Virus record (IMG/VR): IMGVR_UViG_3300037010_001838 | Source of the DNA: a virus | Lineage: Duplodnaviria; Caudoviricetes | Length of the DNA: 64,000 nucleotides | Direction: 5' to 3' (one strand) | In this document: one piece after another, positions 50,501 through 59,546 of the stretch | Layout: each line of letters begins with the position of its first letter | How positions within the stretch are numbered: position 1 is the stretch's first letter | The notes under the pieces: generated by a model | The model's database searches: none | What the model was told of the DNA's origin: nothing | What the model saw: the letters and a program-made list of their open reading frames with translations, nothing else | Translations under genes and position numbers: made by a program

Positions 50501-51367
50501 GATATCGAAGTTGACAACACTCATACATTCTTTGCAAATAATATCTTAGTTCATAACACAGATTCCGTATACTTTAATACTCACGGAAGAGATCAAGAAG
50601 AAGCTACGTTGATTGCAGACGCTGTTGCAAACCAAGTTAACAAGTCATTCCAAGGATTTATGCAAGAAGCATTCTTATGCAATCCAGGATACGACGATAT
50701 CATCAAGTGTGGTCGCGAAGTCGTTTCCGATCGTGGTATATTCGTCGATAAGAAGCGTTATGTTCTTCATTTGGTTGACTTAGATGGTCATCACGTTGAT
50801 AAGATGAAAATTATGGGTCTTGAATTGAAAAAGACTACTTTACCGAAACCAATTGCAAAAAAACTGTCTTTGTATGTTGAACGGTTATTGAAAGGTGAAA
50901 GTTGGGATGTGTTGTCGAGAGATATCGTAGATTTCAAAACAGAACTCAACGAGTCTGTTGATGTGATGTCAATTGGACTTCCTAAAGGGATAAAGGGGAT
51001 CGAGGAATATACTGCAGCCTGGAAGTTGAATGAGAAGACAAGATTACCTGGACACGTCGCAGCAGGGATATTTTGGAATAATATGTTACAGGAATACGGA
51101 GATAAAGAGAGCCTGTCGATAACATCAAATATGAAGATCAAAGTCTTTTATTTAAAACGCATGTTTGGTAGATTTAAAGCAATCGCAATCCCTACCGATT
51201 TGACTATTATACCACAATGGTTTTTGGAAGAGTTTGAACCGATTATTGACAAAAAGGTTCAAATTGAAAAATTGGTTGATGAAACACTTCGTAAAATCTT
51301 TGTTGTTATCAATTTAGAAGTACCAAGTCCCCAAAGCGTATTCATCGAAGAAGAAGTGGAATTTTAA
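47573..51367 (+). CDS. gp43: Family B DNA polymerase (gp43-like) containing an intein
   Basis: Exo motifs LLDIEVD, GWNSDFFDIPY, YNIRD; pol motifs SIDINSLYPS, KIKLNSFYG, YGD/TDS, KKRY. Confidence 0.96.
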   Translation: MSYISALFNKNENEVVVWERNNGVREVKTYPAPLYFYTEAENGNYTSIFGKKLMRHDFDTYAQFSETKRKLTRTTLYESDIMPDIKVLSEHYYNVTPPTPNITLLDIEVDYNPKIGFSSAKNPYAPINAIALHHIHTNRSIVVAIPPPGWDPTTFDTALEELSEIVIVPNERELINILLEEIEDSDILSGWNSDFFDIPYIAKRIEKTLGKSALRRLSFDGANLPRYREVEVFKQQAITCDLSGRVHLDYMNLFRKYEVAERPSYKLESIAEEILPHLPKLEYEGSLAELYKNDFNHFIRYNIRDTEILKGFEQKLGYIALANVMCHTSTSQFKDVFGTLKLSDFAVVNYCHYELDVKVPDWTEKPDGRIQGAYVLLPQIGMHEWIGSIDINSLYPSSIRSINISPETLIGQFTGNISDWEEIVANSDNTITLEYDNGELQEGTASEWRQYLKQKKWVVSGFGTVFDQNKPGIVPTILAKWYKQRKEYQKLKNEYYEKAQLASDETEKEELMEQSAYYDRLQYVFKIKLNSFYGALTNYYFRFFDLRMGESTTGTGRAILRHQVRKTAEILDDEEYDTNFPLYSSVKSAEKDGNDPTYALDGSEFKGIFPAESIIYGDSVSGDSVINTTMKEIEIQTLFTKVDYVRGNKEYCITDLPQVLTYNEELNKTEYSQINYVMRHRCNKKMYRVWITNSQYINVTEDHSLMGYVNSKFRKKYNNAHISKVKPTDLGTEIKTLIYQKTLPQTIIESKELSTEMYVLMGYVLGDGYVDTTDTGGVLLSLGKQDLDEVVSKLIVPLKQQGWLSSYTVKPNVHDIQISGTQLKKFLRRELYSTENKQIPAWMFNETPSNISSFMKGWFSADGFVNMNGTVGLCNIDEQLIVGAQKLLFRCGISSTWFSEQTENSYKSTFFGTFTKRLTVKNANDFFNVVGFVQNRKQDKMHLVKNGKRKSEISKYDFELVNVYKIEEIQYCDYVYDIEVDNTHTFFANNILVHNTDSVYFNTHGRDQEEATLIADAVANQVNKSFQGFMQEAFLCNPGYDDIIKCGREVVSDRGIFVDKKRYVLHLVDLDGHHVDKMKIMGLELKKTTLPKPIAKKLSLYVERLLKGESWDVLSRDIVDFKTELNESVDVMSIGLPKGIKGIEEYTAAWKLNEKTRLPGHVAAGIFWNNMLQEYGDKESLSITSNMKIKVFYLKRMFGRFKAIAIPTDLTIIPQWFLEEFEPIIDKKVQIEKLVDETLRKIFVVINLEVPSPQSVFIEEEVEF
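49427..50557 (+). mobile_element. 377-aa intein with LAGLIDADG-type endonuclease
   Basis: Splits YGD|TDS; begins SVSGDS, has TEDHSL, LMGYVLGDG, FMKGWFSADG, ends VYDIEVDNTHTFFANNILVHN with +1 Thr. Confidence 0.93.
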
Positions 51368-51507
51368 TTAAGGAAAGTTAAACGATTATATCAACAAGCA
51401 AATTACAACAACTTAAACAACCAATTGTTCTGAAATTTGGAAAGAAGTAGCACCACCCAAATTATATGTTGATTTCTTAAAATCTCAAATAGATTACAAA
51501 TAAAACG

Positions 51508-51903
51508 TTGATTTACACATCTAACTACACTCGTTCTGGAAAATACTCTCTTTCGTATGCAATCAGCGTTAAACCACCTGATTGGTATGAAGGGAAGTGT
51601 TTACCACAACTCGCTCCAACATGGGAACTTGTAACAGGTATAAAACGTGGAATTATTACTGAAGAAGAATATTCCACCAGATATATCAATCTTTTGATAT
51701 CTCGTAAATATGATCCTCAAAAAATTGTTGATGCATTACCGGATAACACTCGACTGCTTTGTTATGAAAGTGCAGGAGAGTTTTGTCATAGGAGAGTGCT
51801 TGCTAAATGGATAGAAGATAGTATTGGAGTGATTATCCCAGAGTGGACAAGCGAAGAAGATATTAAAAAAGAAGAAATGTTAAACGATTTAGTGGAATTT
51901 TGA
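51508..51903 (+). CDS. DUF488-like protein
   Basis: YTSNY..ISVKPPDW..QLAPTW..LLCYE..EFCHR. Confidence 0.65.
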   Translation: MIYTSNYTRSGKYSLSYAISVKPPDWYEGKCLPQLAPTWELVTGIKRGIITEEEYSTRYINLLISRKYDPQKIVDALPDNTRLLCYESAGEFCHRRVLAKWIEDSIGVIIPEWTSEEDIKKEEMLNDLVEF

Positions 51904-52292
51904 AAATAATTGTTGACCCCAACTATGTTTTGTGTTTAAGTGTATAACTTAACTGATGGGGTAACACAAATGACTACACTTACACATTCATTCAAAACTT
52001 GATGCCACGATTTACCCTCTTTACTCGAAGGGTGCAATAAAGTATCAACGTTCTGCTCACGATTGGAAAAACTTCCAAGGTGGATCAAGGTAGGTTGGGA
52101 CGAATTTGCGTTTTCTCTTGAATCAAAATTTAAATGAAATTGTCTGAAATATTTCTCGTCCCTGACCAATAATCAAAACGTTACACACTCTCTGATTTTT
52201 CAGATAAAGAACAAATTGGAACGAGCGAGGTATTCACATTTACACCACCCTTTTGATATTATCTGTAAGATTGATAACAAAACCAATCTTGT

Positions 52293-52300
52293 TATAAATA
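52293..52300 (+). promoter_or_regulatory. T4-type late promoter TATAAATA heading the 52325-62631 operon
   Basis: Exact consensus 24 nt before the 52325 ATG; no terminator seen between it and the array. Confidence 0.7.
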
Positions 52301-52324
52301 CATCTTATATTATGAGGGTTTATC

Positions 52325-53905
52325 ATGAAAAAACAACAAACTAATACCAAAACACATTCATCAATAAAAGATAAATTTGACCAAATTCGTTTGGACCATG
52401 AACAGGATCAGTTTCTATCTACTACTGACAAAAAAGAATATAAAACAAAAGAAGAAAAAGAAAAAGAAAAACTGTCTGCAAATAAATTGAAGACAGCATC
52501 ACGTGAAGCCACAGCAGCCAAAACACGATCTTTGTCTTCACACGAGGCTACTAAAAAATTAAGCAAAGCAGATTTGTCACATCAAGATGAAATATCTGAT
52601 GAACAAGCTGCAAGAAATGCAGGGGGGAGAACTTCCTCACCTAAAACAAAACCATCAACAGATCTTGTTACACCACAAAATTTACCTAAATTAATGTCGA
52701 AAGCATTATCTACGAATGACAACAAAATCATCCCAGAGTGGCACATGGTTAAACACCTACCTGGTTATTTGGCATCGGGTATTCGCTCTATCGGTCGCGC
52801 AGTTTTTAAACCTTTCACTGATACAAAAATAGAAGACATCCAAGTGTTGGCAAGTCTTGGGGGTCAAGGACCAAATACAGATAAAGAAATTAACGCAGTC
52901 GCGAATTATGTACTACATCACGGGCGTCGTGATACAGAAGCAGAGTTAATTTTTCATGACAGAATTCCAGATTACTCAGCTGATATTAAAATTTTCAAAA
53001 CTCTTGGATATACTTTTATGTTAGTGAAAGATTTTGCAGGGAAATATGTATATTCGTGGCCAACAAGTGACGAAAAAGTGTTATCACATAAAAAAGAAAA
53101 TCCACGGTTGAAAGAAAATAAAATGAAAAAAATAACGCTTTTACAATTTTTGTTAAGTGAAGGTATTGAACAAAAAATGGAATTATTAACAAAACAGTTT
53201 GGAACGAAATTACTCGATGCAGCAGACAAGGATGGTTCTGCGAAATCTTTATTAAAAGATCACGAACCGGCACAAAATGTCAAACACATCATCACGACAC
53301 TAAGTCAAGCCGACCCATCAGGAGAGCGTGGAGCTTTTATAACATTTATTTTACGAATGTATTCATTGAGACAATTTCGTGTTGAGGACGTTGAACGCAT
53401 AAAGGATACGTTGTCGGAGTTTATCAAAAAGAAAAATTCGTTGCCTCCAGAACAAAAAGACATAAACAGATTTGCAAATTTGGACCAATTGTATGATGCA
53501 GTTGAAGGAACAGAAGAGCATAAAAGTAATCGTTCCGTTAAAAAAGAAACCAAACAGACTGGTGTTGAAGTGCTAATCAAAACAGATAAGTTCCTCGCTG
53601 TGAGGTTACTGACACACGAAGCAGCATGCTATTATGCATCAGGTACAAAATGGTGTACTGTAAATAAAAGCAACTTCGATCATTATTCTAAAAATGATCC
53701 ACTCTTCGTGATTATAATAGCAGAGAAGGACGCTCAGGGTCGACAACGTAAATTTCAATTTCATTACGAATCAGGACAGCTAATGAACGAACGAGACCAA
53801 GAAATCACCAAGACAGAAATAAAACTTCTTTCATCATATCCAGAATGGAGTAAGTTCCTAGAAAAAATAATTAAAGACAAATATATGAGCATGTCACAGA
53901 AGTGA
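52325..53905 (+). CDS. Two-part hypothetical protein, C-terminal GTKWCT-motif domain
   Basis: K-rich N-half; internal MKKITLLQFLLSE at 53123; C-terminal HEAACYYASGTKWCT..KFQFHYESGQLMNERD (PcfJ-like from memory, low confidence). Confidence 0.6.
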   Translation: MKKQQTNTKTHSSIKDKFDQIRLDHEQDQFLSTTDKKEYKTKEEKEKEKLSANKLKTASREATAAKTRSLSSHEATKKLSKADLSHQDEISDEQAARNAGGRTSSPKTKPSTDLVTPQNLPKLMSKALSTNDNKIIPEWHMVKHLPGYLASGIRSIGRAVFKPFTDTKIEDIQVLASLGGQGPNTDKEINAVANYVLHHGRRDTEAELIFHDRIPDYSADIKIFKTLGYTFMLVKDFAGKYVYSWPTSDEKVLSHKKENPRLKENKMKKITLLQFLLSEGIEQKMELLTKQFGTKLLDAADKDGSAKSLLKDHEPAQNVKHIITTLSQADPSGERGAFITFILRMYSLRQFRVEDVERIKDTLSEFIKKKNSLPPEQKDINRFANLDQLYDAVEGTEEHKSNRSVKKETKQTGVEVLIKTDKFLAVRLLTHEAACYYASGTKWCTVNKSNFDHYSKNDPLFVIIIAEKDAQGRQRKFQFHYESGQLMNERDQEITKTEIKLLSSYPEWSKFLEKIIKDKYMSMSQK

Positions 53906-53911
53906 ATCAAA

Positions 53912-54532
53912 ATGAAATTGCGCGACTTATTCGAAGCAATGGATTTATACAAATATCATTCAAACCCAGAAAAATTGCATGGGTTTGATAAAAAGCACAT
54001 GGCTACGCCTGAGATGGCTTTTGGAGCATTAAAAGGTGGAAAATTAAATGCACAACAGAAAAAAGAAGCAGAGTCTGTTGTTGCAACAGATCCACAGTGG
54101 GCTTATTGGTATGCTCATTATGTCATTAAGGGAAGATGGCCTAAAGCGGAACCTGTTATTGCAAAAGATCTACTGTGGGTTCATGCGTATGCTCGTGATG
54201 TCATCAAAGGAAGATGGCCTGAAGCAGAACCTGCTATTGCAAAAAAAGCATATTGGGCTTATGCGTATGCTCGTCATGTCATCAAAGGAAGGTTTCCTAA
54301 AGGAGAACCTGCTATTGCAAAAGATCCAGAGTATGCTTGTGGGTATGCTCGTTATGTCATTAAAGGAAGATGGCCTGAAGCAGAACCTGCTATTGCAAAA
54401 AAAGCATATTGGGCTTATGCGTATGCTCGTCATGTCATCAAAGGAAGGTTTCCTAAAGGAGAACCTGCTATTGCAAAAGATCCACAGTGGGCTAACAAAT
54501 ACAACGAATTTATTAAAGGACTTTCAAAATGA
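53912..54532 (+). CDS. 26-aa-repeat protein 1 (5 repeats)
   Basis: 61-aa N-cap + 5x26 + 15-aa C-cap = 206 aa. Confidence 0.93.
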   Translation: MKLRDLFEAMDLYKYHSNPEKLHGFDKKHMATPEMAFGALKGGKLNAQQKKEAESVVATDPQWAYWYAHYVIKGRWPKAEPVIAKDLLWVHAYARDVIKGRWPEAEPAIAKKAYWAYAYARHVIKGRFPKGEPAIAKDPEYACGYARYVIKGRWPEAEPAIAKKAYWAYAYARHVIKGRFPKGEPAIAKDPQWANKYNEFIKGLSK

Positions 54533-55227
54533 AATTACGCGACTTATTTGAAGCAATGGACTTATACAAATATCACTCGAATCCAGAGACGTTACCTGGA
54601 TATGATAAAAAGCACATAATTACTCTTGAGATGGCCTATGAGGCACTAAAGAGTGGAAAATTAAACGCACAACAGAAAAAAGAAGCAGAGTCTGTTATTG
54701 CAACAGATCCACGATGGGCTTATAGGTATGCTCGTTATGTCATCAAAGGAAGATGGCCTAAAGTAGAACCTGTTATTGCAGAAGATTCAGAGTGGGCTTA
54801 TAGTTATGCTCGTTATGTCATCAAAGGAAGATGGCCTAAAGCAGAACCTGTTATTGCAAAAGATCCAGAGTGGGCTTGTTGGTATGCTCATTATGTCATT
54901 AAAGGAAGATGGACTAAAGCAGAACCTGTTATTGCAAAAGATCCAGAATGGGCTTGGTTGTATGCTCGTCATGTCATTAAAGGAAGATGGCCTGAAGGAG
55001 AACCTGCTATTGTAAAAGATCTACAGTCGGCTTCATATTATGCTTATTATGTCATTAAAGAAAGATTTCCTGAAGCAGAACCTGCTATTGCAAAAGATCC
55101 AAAGTGGGCTTATGTGTATGCTCGTCATGTCATTAAAGGAAGATGGCCTGAAGGAGAACCTGCTATTGCAAAAAATCCAGAGTGGGCTAAAAAATACAAC
55201 GAATTCATCAAAGGACTTTCAAAATGA
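54529..55227 (+). CDS. 26-aa-repeat protein 2 (6 repeats)
   Basis: 232 aa; ATGA overlap; most divergent N-cap (PETLPGYDKKHIITLE). Confidence 0.93.
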   Translation: MKLRDLFEAMDLYKYHSNPETLPGYDKKHIITLEMAYEALKSGKLNAQQKKEAESVIATDPRWAYRYARYVIKGRWPKVEPVIAEDSEWAYSYARYVIKGRWPKAEPVIAKDPEWACWYAHYVIKGRWTKAEPVIAKDPEWAWLYARHVIKGRWPEGEPAIVKDLQSASYYAYYVIKERFPEAEPAIAKDPKWAYVYARHVIKGRWPEGEPAIAKNPEWAKKYNEFIKGLSK

Positions 55228-55844
55228 AACTACGTGATCTATTCGAAGCGATGGACTTATACAAATACCACTCGAATCCAGAGAAGTTACATGGATATGA
55301 TAAAAAGCACATGGCTACACCTGAGATGGCTTTTGAAGCATTAAAAGGTGGAAAATTAAATGCACAACAGAAAAAAGAAGCAGAGTCTGTTGTTGCAACA
55401 GATCCACAGTGGGCTTTTTTGTATGCTCGCGATGTCATTAAAGAAAGATTCCCTAAAGGAGAATCTGTCATTGCAAAAAAAGCAAATTGGGCTTATGTGT
55501 ATGCTCGTTCTGTCATCCAAGGAAGATGGCCTAAAGCGGAACCTGTTATTGCAAAAAATCCACAGTGGGCTTATGAGTATGCTCATGATGTTATCAAAGG
55601 AAGATGGCCTGAAGGAGAACCTGCTATTGCAAAAGATTCAACATATGCTTATTGGTATGCTTGTTATGTCATCGAAGAAAGATTTCCTAAAGGAGAATCT
55701 GTCATTGCAAAACATCCAAAATGGGCTTATGATTATGCTCATGATGTCATCAAAGGAAGATGGCCTGAAGGAGAACCTGTTATTGCAAAAGATCCAAAGT
55801 GGGCTAAACCATACAACGAATTCATCAAAGGACTTTCGAAATGA
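55224..55844 (+). CDS. 26-aa-repeat protein 3 (5 repeats)
   Basis: 206 aa; ATGA overlap. Confidence 0.93.
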   Translation: MKLRDLFEAMDLYKYHSNPEKLHGYDKKHMATPEMAFEALKGGKLNAQQKKEAESVVATDPQWAFLYARDVIKERFPKGESVIAKKANWAYVYARSVIQGRWPKAEPVIAKNPQWAYEYAHDVIKGRWPEGEPAIAKDSTYAYWYACYVIEERFPKGESVIAKHPKWAYDYAHDVIKGRWPEGEPVIAKDPKWAKPYNEFIKGLSK

Positions 55845-56305
55845 AACTACGTGATCTATTCGAAGCAATGGATTTATACAAATATCATTCAAACCCAGAG
55901 AAATTGCATGGATATGATAAAAAACACATGGCTACTCCTGAGATGGCATATGAGGCACTAAAAAGTGGAAAGTTGAATGCACAACAAAAGAAAGAAGCAG
56001 AATCTGTTGTTGCAAAAGATCCAGAGTTTGCTTGTTGGTATGCTCGTGATGTCATCAAAGGAAGATTTCCTAAAGGAGAACCTGCTATTGCAAAAGATCC
56101 TGAATGGGCTTATTGGTATGCTTGTAATGTCATCAAAGGAAGATTTCCTAAAGGAGAATCTGCTATTGCAAAAGATCCAGAATGGGCTTGTTGGTATGCT
56201 CGTTCTGTCATCAAAGGAAGATTTCCTGAAGCAGAACCTGCTATTGCAAAACATCCAAAATGGACCAAAAAATACAAAGAATTTATTAAAGGAATTTCAA
56301 AATGA
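55841..56305 (+). CDS. 26-aa-repeat protein 4 (3 repeats)
   Basis: 154 aa; ATGA overlap. Confidence 0.93.
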   Translation: MKLRDLFEAMDLYKYHSNPEKLHGYDKKHMATPEMAYEALKSGKLNAQQKKEAESVVAKDPEFACWYARDVIKGRFPKGEPAIAKDPEWAYWYACNVIKGRFPKGESAIAKDPEWACWYARSVIKGRFPEAEPAIAKHPKWTKKYKEFIKGISK

Positions 56306-56844
56306 AATTGCGTGATCTACTCGAAGCAATGGATTTATACAAATACCACTCGAATCCAGAGAAGTTACATGGATATGATAAAAAACACATGGCTACTCCT
56401 GAGATGGCCTATGAGGCACTAGAGAGTGGAAAACTGAATGCACAACAAAAGAAAGAAGCAGAATCTGTTGTTGCAACAGATCCAAAGTTTGCTTCATATT
56501 ATGCTCGTGATGTCATCAAAGGAAGATTTCCTGAAGGAGAACCTGTTGTTGCAACAGATCCAAAGTTTGCTTCATATTATGCTCGTGATGTCATCAAAGG
56601 AAGCTTTCCTGAAGCAGAGTCTGTTATTGCAAAAGATCCACAGTGGGCTTCATATTATGCTCGTGATGTCATCAAAGGAAGATTTCCTAAAGGAGAACCT
56701 GTTATTGCAAAAGATCCAGAGTATGCTTATTGGTATGCTCATTCTGTCATCAAAGGAAGATTTCCTGAAGCAGAACCTGTTATTGCAAAAGATCCACACC
56801 TGGCTAAAAATTACAACAAATTCATCAAAGGACTTTCAAAATGA
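56302..56844 (+). CDS. 26-aa-repeat protein 5 (4 repeats)
   Basis: 180 aa; ATGA overlap. Confidence 0.93.
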   Translation: MKLRDLLEAMDLYKYHSNPEKLHGYDKKHMATPEMAYEALESGKLNAQQKKEAESVVATDPKFASYYARDVIKGRFPEGEPVVATDPKFASYYARDVIKGSFPEAESVIAKDPQWASYYARDVIKGRFPKGEPVIAKDPEYAYWYAHSVIKGRFPEAEPVIAKDPHLAKNYNKFIKGLSK

Positions 56845-57539
56845 AATTACGTGACTTATTCGAAGCGATGAACTTATACAAATACCACTCAAACCCAGAG
56901 AAATTGCATGGATATGATAAAAAACACATGGCTACGCCTGAGATGGCATATGAGGCACTAAAGAGTGGAAAATTAAATGCACAACAGAAAAAAGAAGCAG
57001 AGTCTGTTGTTGCAACAGATACAAAGTGGGCTTATTGGTATGTCAGTAATGTCATCAAAGAAAGATTTCCTAAAGGAGAACCTGCTATTGCAAAAGATCC
57101 AGAATGGGCTTTTTTGTATGCTCGTGATGTCATCAAAGGAAGATTTCCTGAAGCAGAATCTGTTATTGCAAAAGATCCACGGATGGCTTATATGTACGCT
57201 CATGATGTCATCAAAGAAAGATTTCCTAAAGGAGAACCTGCTGTTGCAAAAAAAGCAGATTGGGCTTATGAGTATGCTCGTTATATCATTAAAGAAAGAT
57301 TTCCTAAAGGAGAATCTGTCATTGCAAAAGATCCAGATTATGCTTTTTGGTATGCTCGTGATGTCATCAAAGGAAGATGGCCTGAAGGAGAACCTGCTAT
57401 TGCAAAAAATCCACGGACGGCTTATATGTACGCTCATGATGTCATCAAAGAAAGATTTCCTGAAGGAGAACCTGTTATTGCAAAACATCCAGAATGGGCT
57501 AAACCATACAAAGAATTTATTAAAGGAATTTCGAAATGA
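56841..57539 (+). CDS. 26-aa-repeat protein 6 (6 repeats)
   Basis: 232 aa; ATGA overlap. Confidence 0.93.
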   Translation: MKLRDLFEAMNLYKYHSNPEKLHGYDKKHMATPEMAYEALKSGKLNAQQKKEAESVVATDTKWAYWYVSNVIKERFPKGEPAIAKDPEWAFLYARDVIKGRFPEAESVIAKDPRMAYMYAHDVIKERFPKGEPAVAKKADWAYEYARYIIKERFPKGESVIAKDPDYAFWYARDVIKGRWPEGEPAIAKNPRTAYMYAHDVIKERFPEGEPVIAKHPEWAKPYKEFIKGISK

Positions 57540-58234
57540 AATTACGTGACTTATTCGAAGCGATGGATTTATACAAATACCACTCAAATCCAGAGAAGTT
57601 ACATGGATATGATAAAAAGCACATGGCTACTCCACAGATGGCTTTTGAAGCATTAAAAGGTGAAAAATTAAATGCACAACAGAAAAAAGAAGCAGAATCT
57701 GTTGTTGCAACAGATACAAAGTGGGCTTATTGGTATGCTCGTGATGTCATTGAAGGAAGATTTCCTAAAGGAGAATCTGTCATTGCAAAAGATCCAGAGT
57801 ATGCTTATTGGTATACTCATTATGTCATCAAAGGAAGATGGCCTAAAGCAGAACCTGTTATTACAAAAGATCCAGAGTATGCTTATTGGTATGCTCATTC
57901 TGTCATCAAAGGAAGATTTCCTGAAGCAGAACCTGTTATTGCAAAAGATCCACAGTGGGCTTATGAGTATGTTCGTAATGTCATCAAAGGAAGATGGCCT
58001 GAAGCAGAACCTGCTATTGCAAAAGATCCAAAGTTGGCTTATTGGTATGCTCGTGATGTCATCAAGGAAAGATTTCCTAAAGGAGAACCTGCTGTTGCAA
58101 AAAATCCACGGACGGCTTATTGGTATGCTCATGATGTCATCAACGGAAGATGGCCTGAAGCAGAACCTGCTATTGCAAAAGATCCAAAATGGGCTAAAAA
58201 ATACAACGAATTCATCAAAGGACTTTCAAAATGA
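57536..58234 (+). CDS. 26-aa-repeat protein 7 (6 repeats)
   Basis: 232 aa; ATGA overlap. Confidence 0.93.
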   Translation: MKLRDLFEAMDLYKYHSNPEKLHGYDKKHMATPQMAFEALKGEKLNAQQKKEAESVVATDTKWAYWYARDVIEGRFPKGESVIAKDPEYAYWYTHYVIKGRWPKAEPVITKDPEYAYWYAHSVIKGRFPEAEPVIAKDPQWAYEYVRNVIKGRWPEAEPAIAKDPKLAYWYARDVIKERFPKGEPAVAKNPRTAYWYAHDVINGRWPEAEPAIAKDPKWAKKYNEFIKGLSK

Positions 58235-58929
58235 AACTACGTGATCTATTCGAAGCAATGGATTTATACAAATATCACTCGAATCCAGAGAAATTGCATG
58301 GGTTTGATAAAAAGCACATGGCTACGCCTGAGATGGCATATGAGGCACTAAAGAGTGGAAAACTGAATGCACAACAAAAGAAAGAAGCAGAATCTGTTAT
58401 TGTAACAGATCCAGAGTTTGCTTATTGGTATGCTCGTTCTGTCATCCAAGGAAGATGGCCTAAGGCAGAACCTGTTATTGCAACAGATACACAGTGGGCT
58501 TATGAGTATGCTCGTGATGTCATCAAAGGAAGATGGCCTGAAGCAGAACCTGCTATTGCAAAAGATCCTGAATGGGCTTATTGGTATGCTTGTAATGTCA
58601 TCAAAGAAAGATTTCCTAAAGGAGAACCTGCTATTGCAAAAGATCCACGGTCGGCTTATACGTACGCTCGTGATGTCATCAAAGGAAGATGGCCTGAAGC
58701 AGAACCTGCTATTGCAAAACATCCAAAATGGGCTTATGATTATGCTCGTTCTGTCATCAAAGGAAGATGGCCTGAAGCAGAACCTGCTATTGCAACAGAT
58801 ACAAAGTGGGCTTATTGGTATGCTCGTGATGTCATCAAAGGAAGATGGCCTAAAGCAGAACCTGCTATTGCAAAAGATACAAAATGGGCTAAAAGATATA
58901 ACGAATTCATCAAAGGACTTTCAAAATGA
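58231..58929 (+). CDS. 26-aa-repeat protein 8 (6 repeats)
   Basis: 232 aa; ATGA overlap. Confidence 0.93.
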   Translation: MKLRDLFEAMDLYKYHSNPEKLHGFDKKHMATPEMAYEALKSGKLNAQQKKEAESVIVTDPEFAYWYARSVIQGRWPKAEPVIATDTQWAYEYARDVIKGRWPEAEPAIAKDPEWAYWYACNVIKERFPKGEPAIAKDPRSAYTYARDVIKGRWPEAEPAIAKHPKWAYDYARSVIKGRWPEAEPAIATDTKWAYWYARDVIKGRWPKAEPAIAKDTKWAKRYNEFIKGLSK

Positions 58930-59546
58930 AACTACGCGACTTATTCGAAGCGATGGATTTATACAAATATCATTCAAACCCAGAAAAATTGCATGGGTTT
59001 GATAAAAAGCACATGGCTACGCCTGAGATGGCTTTTGGAGCATTAAAAGGTGGAAAATTAAATGCACAACAGAAAAAAGAAGCAGAGTCTGTTGTTGCAA
59101 CAGATCCACAGTGGGCTTATAGGTATGCTGATGATATCATCAAAGGAAGATGGCCTGAAGCAGAATCTGTTATTGCAAAAGATCCAGAATGGGCTTTTTT
59201 GTATGCTCGTGATTTCATTAAAGGAAGATTTCCTGAAGCAGAATCTGTTATTGCAAAAAATCCACGGACGGCTTATATGTACGCTCATGATGTCATTAAA
59301 GGAAGATTTCCTGAAGCAGAATCTGTTATTGTAAAAGATCCAGAATGGGCTTGGTTGTATGCTCGTGATGTCATCAAAGGAAGATTTCCTGAAGCAGAAT
59401 CTGTTATTGCAAAAGATCCGCGTTGGGCTTATTGGTATGCTAGTGATGTCATCAAAGGAAGATGGATTGAAGGAGAACCTGCTATTGCAAAAGACCCAAC
59501 ATATGCTAAACGGTACAAACAAGACATCAAAGGACTTTCGAAATGA
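58926..59546 (+). CDS. 26-aa-repeat protein 9 (5 repeats)
   Basis: 206 aa; ATGA overlap. Confidence 0.93.
   Translation: MKLRDLFEAMDLYKYHSNPEKLHGFDKKHMATPEMAFGALKGGKLNAQQKKEAESVVATDPQWAYRYADDIIKGRWPEAESVIAKDPEWAFLYARDFIKGRFPEAESVIAKNPRTAYMYAHDVIKGRFPEAESVIVKDPEWAWLYARDVIKGRFPEAESVIAKDPRWAYWYASDVIKGRWIEGEPAIAKDPTYAKRYKQDIKGLSK

Noticed and set aside
51936-52169. 77-aa minus-strand ORF
   Set aside because: GTG start, no recognisable motif, opposite to flanking genes; not supported as a gene.
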